Source: Octopus vulgaris
Lineage: Eukaryota
DNA: 64,000 nt
Reading direction: 5' to 3'
Assembly: GCA_951406725.2 (NCBI GenBank)
Contig: OX597816.1
Location: 132,928,001-132,992,000, forward strand
Numbering within the stretch: the stretch's first letter is position 1; every line of letters begins with the position of its first letter. Positions 55,459 through 64,000 of this stretch are shown here, one piece after another. The notes under the pieces are model-generated. The model had not been told where the DNA came from, did not search any database, and saw nothing but the letters and a program-made list of their open reading frames with translations. The position numbers and the translations under genes are program-made.

Positions 55459-58061
55459 TGAGGCCAGAAGGATGCCAAGAAGCAGATCAATCCAGAAAAG
55501 AAGGATTTGGAAGTTAAAGAACCCTTCACATGATCAGAGATTTAGGGACATCCTCATTGAGAAATTTGATGAGAGAGAGGAGGGGCTACAGACTTTGGAC
55601 AAAGAGGGTAACTGGAAATTCCTACAGGACAGTTTACTGAGCACCACATACCAAACCAATGGCTGGTGCAAAGTTCTTTCTAGACCTAGAGTAATGTGGT
55701 GGTGGAAAAATGTGGTAGACAAGGCCATTAGAGCAAAGAAACAGGCCTGGAAAGCCTGGAAGAGCGGGAGTAGCAGGGACCTGTACCAGATAGCCAGAAG
55801 GGAGGCTGGGCGACAGGTATACATAGCCAAGGGAAAAGTAGAAAGAAGTTCGCCAATGTTCAGTGACGTGATGACCAAAGAACTGAAGTATTTTGGATTG
55901 CAAGACAGTGTGTGAGAGAAAATTGTGATGTCACAGGAGAGAAATGTGTCCACATAGATGATGGTGCACTTGCTTTAATGTTTCTGCAAAGAAAGAGGCT
56001 TGGAGAAGCCATTATGAAAGGCTGCTGAATGTGGAGAATGAATGGGTGGAGGAAAGCCTACCAAATGTTGACCCAGTACAAGGACCAGCTACTTGAATAG
56101 ATAACACCCTGGTAGATAAAGCAATTAAGGATATGAAGTCAGGAAAAGTCCCTGGCCCATCAGAAACCACTGCTGAGATGCTTAAAATATCTGGTGGTGT
56201 GGGTTATGGCCTAGTCACCCGTATTGTAAACCATGTAGTTCATGAAGGAGTCATACCCAATGACTGACGTAGCAGCACCATAGTCAACTACTTCAAAGGA
56301 AAAAGGTGATGCTTTAGATAGAAATAACTACAGCAGTATCAAAATGCTGGATCAAAGAGGGTCATAGCCCAACTAATTAGGGAGAGAGTCTGCTTAGATG
56401 AGACGCAGTTCGGTTTTGTGCCAGGTAGAAGCACCACTGATGCTATATTCCTGGTACGACAACTACAGGAGAAATACCTTGCCAAAGATAAACACCTATA
56501 CTTGGCTTTTGTTGACTTGGAGAAAGCCTCTGACAGGGTACCCTGATCCCTTATCTGGTGGGCGATGTGGAAACTAGAGATTTATGAGTGGTTAATAAGA
56601 GCTGTACAGGGATGCTGTTAGTAAGATAAGGGTCAGCAATGAGTATAGGAAAGAATTCCGAGTAGAAGTTGGGTTTCACCTAGGATCAGCCCTCAGCCCC
56701 TCTTATTCATCATAGTCCTCAAGGCAATAACAGAGGAATTCAAGACAGGTTGTCCCTGAGAGCTCCTCTATGCTGATGACCTTGCTCTCATAGCTGAATC
56801 TTTACCAGAACTAGAGAAGAAATTTCAGGTGTGGAAGCAAGGTTTAAAATTGAAGGGCTTTAGAGTCAATGTTGCAAAAACTAAAGTCCTAGTAAGTAGG
56901 AAGGTGAACATATCACAAACCCCTTCAGGTAGATGGCCCTGCTCGATCTGTAGAAAAGATGTAGGTAGAAACTTCATTAGATGTACCCAGTGTAATCTAT
57001 GGACACGTAAGAGGTGCAGCAACATCAACGGAAGATTAACCAGGAAGATAGCATTCGTGTGCGGCAGATGCACAGGGGCAATAAAACACCACAGATACTC
57101 AGAAAACAGATTCAATCACATGCCAGGGGGAGAAACTAGAAGTAGTTGATAGCTTCCACTACCTAGGTGTCCAAGTCTGTAGTGGGGGTGGATGTTCAGA
57201 GAGTGTTGCCACTAGAATAGCCTGGGAAAAGTTCAGAAAGCTTCTACCCCTACTGGTGATAAAGGGCCTTTTGCTCAGAGTGAATGGTAGATTGTATGAT
57301 GCATGTGTGCAAACTACCATGCTTCACAAATGACCGAACCTCTGGGGATAAGCTGTGACTGAGAAGACCCAGCAAATAAAGTGAGTTCACAGCATCGCAT
57401 AACCAGCCCACTCAAAAGTACCTTGGATCGTAGGGTGACCTGCTGTGCTTGAGGAGACCTATTGAGTCAAGTACATCAATATCAAAATCAAAATCAAAAT
57501 CAAATGGAAATTGTAGTTGTGATCCCGTGGCTGATGCCAGTGCCACCTTGACTGGTTTCCATGCTGGTAGTACGTAAAAAGCACCAACCGATCATGTTCG
57601 TTGCCAGCCTCCTCTGGTCCCTGTACCAGTGGCATGTAAAAAGCACCCAGTACACTCTTGGAGTCGTTGGCGTTAGGAAGGGCATCCAGCTGTAGAAACA
57701 CTGCCAGATCAATGGAAACTGCAGTTGTGATCCCTGAGCCGGTGGCATGTAAAAAGCACCATCTGAACATGGCCGATGCCAGCGCCGCCTAGACTGGCTT
57801 CCATGCCGGTGGCACGTAAAATGCACCAATCCATTCATGGCTGTTGCCAGCCTCGCCTGGCACCTGTGACAGTGGCATGTAAAAAGCACCCACTACACTC
57901 ACGGAGTGGTTGGTGTTAGGAAGGGCATCCAGCTGTAGAAACACTGCCAGATCAGACCGGAGCCTGGTGCAGCCTTTTGGCTTCCCAGATCCCAGGTCGA
58001 ACCATCCAACCCATGCTAGCATGGAGAACGGACGTTAAACGATGATGATGATGATGATGAT
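55459..58061 (+). mobile_element. Longest RTE-clade LINE copy (RT domain, PHD-like finger, internal deletion near 57330, sub-repeated 3' UTR, (GAT)n tail)
   Basis: WKLK, WWW..V.KAIRAKK, GKVPGPSE, QFGFVPGRSTTDAIF, AFVDLEKA.DRVP, LLYADDL, LEVVDSFHYLG; many stops and frameshifts. Confidence 0.92.
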
Positions 58062-58769
58062 ATATAAATCTTTAGTTAAATATATTCAATGAGAATATTA
58101 TATACTGAATTTTTATTGAGTGCTTTATTGTATCAAAGTGTTAATACTATTAAAGTATTTATATATTTAATACGAATGATTATATATATACATTTTTTAA
58201 TAATATATTATTATTAATATTAGGAAATCAATATCAAAATATTTGTGAAACAATCGTAAGATGCTTTAAATAATTAATTCAAAACTTTTAAACTGTCATA
58301 TACATTATATATTTATGCTTACACATGTTTACATATATTTTTATACATATTTATATTTATTTATTTATATATTTTTAATACAATTATTTTTCACATGTGT
58401 ATATCTTTCTGAGGAGTTTTGATATTGATTTCCTAATATTAATAATAATATATTATTAATATATATATATATATATATATATATACAAATATATGCATGG
58501 AGAGTGAGATGTGTCTGTATCATCATCATCATCATCATCATCGTTTAACGTCCGTTTTCCGCGCTAGCACGGGTTGGACGGTTTCGACCGGGGTCTGGGG
58601 AGCTCGGGACTGCCCCAGGCTCCAGTCTAGTCTGGCAGTGTTTCTACAGCTGGATGCCCTTCCTAACGCCAACCACTCCGCGAGTGTAGTGGGTGTTTTT
58701 TACGTGCCACCTGCACAGGTGCCAGAGGGGTCTGGCATCGGCCACGTTCGGATGGTGCTTTTTATGTGG

Positions 58770-59288
58770 GGGGGGGGGGAATATAGGGGAGCACCAGTGG
58801 GGAGGGGTGGTTCAGAGAAATGATGACAGGTTCTAGGCAAGTAGAACGTAGGATATCAAGAGAGGGGTAATGCATGTTGAAATAGCGTATTGAAGAGGGG
58901 GTTCGAAGAGTAGACACCTATAATGGTGGTGGGAGAAGCGACATCCGGTATAGATGGAGCAAAAATATAGAGATATCCGGTATTGGTGGTGGGGGTGGGC
59001 AAGGGCGGGTGCACCAATGGTGGTGGGAGAAGCGACATCCGGTATAGATGGAGCAAAAATATAGAGATATCCGGTATTGGTGGTGGGGGTGGGCAAGGGC
59101 GGGTGCACCGGGAATATAACGGGCTGGCTTAAAAATGCTCTTAGCAAAGGAAGAGGGGGATGGCAGACAACGTAAAAGAGGGAGAGAGAGAAGGGAAATA
59201 GTGGAACCCCGCGAAAATGGGCCGCCATTGAAAAAAACCCCTGTATGGAGAAATAATATGCAATACAAGGCGAAGCTGAAAATAGTAA

Positions 59289-59324
<36 letters not shown>

Positions 59325-59645
59325 GCAAATTTTCGACCGAGGATCAAAGGGACAATACTAATACTACTAATAATAGTAATAATAATAAATAATAAACAGC
59401 TCAACCACAACATTAGATTAGAAAGACTCTCTTATCTTGGGAACATTTCGTTCTTCTGCCTGACACGGGAATATGACGGGCTGGCTTAAAAATGCTCTTA
59501 GCAAAGGAAGAGGGGGATGGCAGACAACGTAAAAGAGGGAGAGAGAGAAGGGAAATAGTGGAACCCCGCGAAAATGGGCCGCCATTGAAAAAAACCCCTG
59601 TATGGAGAAATAATATGCAATACAAGGCGAAGCTGAAAATAGTAA

Positions 59646-59681
<36 letters not shown>

Positions 59682-59817
59682 GCAAATTTTCGACCGAGGA
59701 TCAAAGGGACAATACTAATACTACTAATAATAGTAATAATAATAAATAATAAACAGCTCAACCACAACATTAGATTAGAAAGACTCTCTTATCTTGGGAA
59801 CATTTCGTTCTTCTGCC
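58770..59817. repeat. Young CpG-rich insertion with a 94-bp tandem (58922-59015/59016-59109) and a 357-bp-period tandem (59109-59460/59466-59817)
   Basis: 94-bp units identical; 352-bp units differ at one position seen (ata/atg) and are joined by tgaca. Confidence 0.9.
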
Positions 59818-59834
59818 ATGTATATATATATTCT

Positions 59835-60063
59835 TTAACTTGTTTTAGTCATTTGACTGCGGCCATGCTGAAGCACCACCTTGAAGAGTTTTAATTGAAC
59901 AAATCGATTCCAGGCTTTATTTTAAAAGCCTAGTACTTATTCTATCGGCTTCTTTTGCTGAACCGCTAAGTTACAGGGACACAAACACACTAATACCAGT
60001 TGTCAAATGGTGATGGGGTACAAACACATACATAAAGACACACACACACATGTAGATATATGC

Positions 60064-60148
<85 letters not shown>

Positions 60149-60215
60149 CAGTTTCTTTCAATTTCCATCTACCAAATCCACTCACAGGTATTTGGTAGGC
60201 CAGAGGCTATAGTAA
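59835..60215 (-). mobile_element. SINE family A
   Basis: Reverse complement of the family A body and tail (ttttgctgaaccgctaagttac, ccaaatccactcaca). Confidence 0.75.
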
Positions 60216-61051
60216 AAAGAAATTTACATTAAACAAGTCCATTGCTCAGCCCTCACCAGATCTGAATATAGCTGATTTCTACCAAAGTGAAAGTGAAAGA
60301 AAGAAAATGTGAAAAGTATGAAAACAATCAACTCCAGCACTATGAATTGGAACCTTGATTATCAAATCTGAAATGATGAATAGCAAAGTTGACTTTGGTC
60401 AGATCGGAACTCAGAGCCCAGACAGCTGGAATGAATACTGCAAAGCATTCTAACCAACACTTGATCAACCACACCAAATTGCCACCCATAATAAGACAAT
60501 CGTTGTTGATTTAAATAACTGTATCTTCCTTATTAAAATTCACCACCTTGGGCCAGTGTCAGAAATCAGCATTAGATATTATTATTTCTAATCTCTCACA
60601 AAGTTCAAATACAACCAAGTATGACATTGCCTCACATCCTTGCAGGGGTTGATAGAAAAGCAACCAGCTAAATTTGTGGCTTTTGTGTATGAACAGCTTA
60701 TTCCTAATCAATATGCAAGAACTACGAACAAATAGTTGAATACTACAGTAGACACATCACTGAATGCTAAGTACACCCACAGACCAATCTATATTGTGCT
60801 AACCATTAATCTATAAATAGCTGACTACAGACTAAATGCAATTACTATGGTAAATATACACTGCAACCAAGTCACATATATTTAACTAGATGCCTATAAA
60901 TAACTACACTGTGGTTAAGAAGTTTGCTTCCGAACTACATGGTTTTGGGTTCAATCCTACGGTGTGCCACCCTGGGAAATACTTTCTACTATGATTTCTG
61001 GGCCAACCAAAGCTTTGGGAGTGTATTTGGTAAATGGAAATGGAACAAAGC

Positions 61052-61090
<39 letters not shown>

Positions 61091-61324
61091 ACACACACAC
61101 ACGTACACACACACACACACACACACATTCATACACATATAATAAAATGTAAAAGGGCAGATACTTAGGAAGCACTCAGTCGTTAAGCAATTTTGACAAT
61201 CAGATACCAAAGAATTCAAATAGAATTAACATTCATGGTCATTCCTCGTATATCCATGAACAAGAATGGAGGAAATCACATCTTTATTTTATACATGTAT
61301 TAAGTAATATATATATATACATAC

Positions 61325-61366
<42 letters not shown>

Positions 61367-61494
61367 CATATATCCAATATACTGCTAGTAAAGCACCCAA
61401 CAAAGTTAATACATAAATGTTAAGAATTGCGATGCAATTAATTCATTTATTGTATTATATGGGCGAAGGTAAAATGTTTTACCACAAATTAATA

Positions 61495-62188
61495 ATACAA
61501 AATAAGAAAATGGAGAAATACACCTTAATCAATAATCAACTACCCAATCGCATAATTTATTAACCCACTACATATGAACATCAAGGTCAAATATAATAGT
61601 ACAGAACAAAACAATGCACATCAATGAGTAATATGATACAATAAGTACAATATGTATAAGTAAATATAAATAAATATAAATATAAATATAAACTACATCT
61701 TACAGCTGTTTCAGCCATGTAGATATGGGTATCTCATTATGCTCATATTAGCCAGGTGTGATAAGTTAATATGTGGTTATAAATGAGACACTTACAAAAA
61801 TATCCCAAGGCTTCTTCAGAGATTATAAAGTACAATCTAAATATGAATATCAGAGGAGGTACACCCATACAAGAGTGGGTACATACCCATAATATATAAT
61901 ATACACATACATATGAGTGCACTAATATGAGCATAATGAGATACCCATATCTATATGGCTGAAACAGCTGTAAGATGTAGTTTATATTTATATTTATATT
62001 TATTTATATTTACTTATACATATTGTACTTATTGTATCATATTACTCATTGATGTGCATTGTTTTGTTCTGTACTATTATGCTTGACTTTGATGTTCATA
62101 TGTAGTGGGTTAACAAATTATGTGATTGGGTATTATCTGGTAGTTGATTATAGATTAAGGTGTATTTCTCCATTTTCTTATTTTGTAT
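61495..62188. mobile_element. Inverted pair of Penelope-like pLTRs (arms about 61495-61750 / 61923-62188)
   Basis: About 255-bp highly similar inverted arms that carry a hammerhead motif; (TA)n at the right end. Confidence 0.8.
61697..61823 (-). ncRNA. Type I hammerhead ribozyme, canonical core, long stem II insertion, palindromic stem III
   Basis: Reverse complement: atct CTGAAGA AGCC-(about 90 nt)-GGCT GAAA CAGCTG TA agat; all core nucleotides intact, GUA cleavage triplet. Confidence 0.75.
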
Positions 62189-62195
62189 ATATACA

Positions 62196-62228
<33 letters not shown>

Positions 62229-62230
62229 GT

Positions 62231-62363
<133 letters not shown>

Positions 62364-62498
62364 GTACTGGACAGACCCTGAACAAAGCTGGACAGAAAAT
62401 CATGCCCGTTTGCAGCAGCTCATAATAACCATAAAAATATGCCGTATGAAATTGTAAAATAAAAGGAAATAAATTTGTTATAATTGTTGCTAATACAT

Positions 62499-63160
62499 AG
62501 GCACAGGAGTGGGTGTGTAGTAAGTAGCTTGCTTACCAACCACATGGTTCCAGGTTTAGTCCCACTGTGTGGCACCTTGGGCAAGTGTCTTCTACTATAG
62601 CCTTGGGCCAACCAAACCTTGTGAGTGGATTTGGTAGATGGAAACTAAAAGAAGCCCATCATATGTTTGTTTGTGTGTATGTGTGTTGTTTGTTCCTTCT
62701 CGAGCCATGCCTGGCTCATAAGGGCCGATTTCTCGGTTTCTTGGTGTATAGGTTCCCCACCTGGATGGGATGCCGGTCCGTTACAGGTGAGCTGCAAGAT
62801 GCAGGAGGAAAGAGTGAGAGAAAGTTGTGGCAAAAGAGTCAGCAGAGGTTCGTCATTACTTTCTGCCAGAGCTGCGTGGAGCTTAGGTGTTTTGCTCATA
62901 AACACACACACCACCTGGTCTGAGATTCGAACACGCAATCCCTCGACGAGTCCGCTGCTCTAACCACTAGGCCATGTGCCTCCACCATGTGTGTGTGTGT
63001 GTGTATGTATCTATATGTTTGTGACAACAGATGTTCGGCAAAAGAGACTAATAGAATAATTACTAGGCTTACAAAGAATAAGTCCTGGGGTTGATTTGTT
63101 CAATTAAAAATGCAGTGTTCCAGCATGGCCACAGTCAAACGACTGAGAAGAATAAAAGAA
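62499..63160 (+). mobile_element. SINE family A with a nested family C SINE (62695-62986, minus strand) in its internal microsatellite
   Basis: Family A head 62499-62660 and tail 63010-63160; the insert ends ...ctaaccactaggccatgtgcctccacc. Confidence 0.8.
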
Positions 63161-63582
63161 TATATATTTATGTACATACACACACACAACTATATATATT
63201 CATATGTATGTGTATATGTTTGTATCTATGTGTGTGCATGGCTCATTGGTGTGAATGCATGTACTTGTTTATGTCGCCAAGTCTTGACAAATGATATGAG
63301 TTGTAAGCAAGTGACATCCTCATGTGAGTACTGTCCTTCATTTCCAGTATTCTGTTCATGCGTGTAAACAAGGGATAATATCATTTCACTTGCTAACAGG
63401 CGCTGATTGGTGACAGGAAGGGCATCTGGCTGTAGAAAATCTGCTTTAATGAATACTGCCTGACTCACGAAAGCATGGGAAAATGGATGTTAAAATGATG
63501 ATGATGATGAAGAGGATGAGTTGATAATGATATAAGCACAAACAAAAGTACAGAAATATACACACTTATGTATACATGAGTA

Positions 63583-63625
<43 letters not shown>

Positions 63626-63755
63626 ATATATATATATATATGTATATAATGGTTCACTTTCATTCTCTCTCTCTCTCTCTCTCTCTGCCATGATAGATCG
63701 TTAGCTCCTACATGCATTTTTTTCTCTCCTTGTTTCTCTTGTTTTTTTCTGTGTA

Positions 63756-63793
63756 TCTTTCTGTCGAAGAGCGTAGGCTCGAAACGTAAAAGA
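63756..63793 (+). ncRNA. Minimal hammerhead-like motif (CUGUCGA core) in a pLTR-like fragment (about 63690-63885)
   Basis: tcttt CTGTCGA a GAGC gtag GCTC GAAA CG TA aaaga: perfect stems I and II, 4-nt palindromic ACGU stem III. Confidence 0.6.
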
Positions 63794-64000
63794 CCTTTTC
63801 TATTTCTATTCCTGAGCGCTATACTAATACATTTGTTTGTTTGTACTCCACCTGCCTTCGTCTTATTTTCGTAAACTTTCCCTTTATATATATATATAAT
63901 ACAGTTCTATATTTAAGAGATGAGGCTTAGAAAGAAAAAAACAAGTACTGGAGACAATTCATTTGACTAAAATTCTTCAAGGTGGTGGCCCAGCATGGCC

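Noticed and set aside
59435-59470. Hammerhead at the 357-bp tandem junction (minus strand: cagaagaac-gaaa-tgttc)
   Set aside because: The core deviates (CAGAAGA), stem II is absent and stem I has only 2 bp.

Overview
AT-rich, repeat-dense eukaryotic DNA with no complete intact gene. The SINE, LINE and microsatellite landscape suggests an octopus/coleoid intron or intergenic region (inferred from repeat style, not verified). Most listed ORFs are microsatellite artefacts. Supported content: three decayed RTE-clade LINE copies with a PHD-type C4HC3 finger inserted inside the RT region; a Dong/R4-like RLE LINE in a (TAA)n tract; a Penelope-like (probably Naiad) GIY-YIG fragment; Tc1/mariner remnants including a foldback MITE; piggyBac- and hAT-type MITEs; and three tRNA-derived SINE families. 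The most interesting unannotated signal is a set of minimal type I hammerhead-ribozyme motifs with palindromic stem III in Penelope-like pLTR fragments next to (TA)n. One three-copy family has a non-canonical CUGUNGA core (A6U). The window also holds many long palindromes and inverted repeats, a SINE-derived minisatellite, a young CpG-rich doubly tandem-duplicated insertion and a few low-confidence host exons. Repeat boundaries were read by eye and are approximate.
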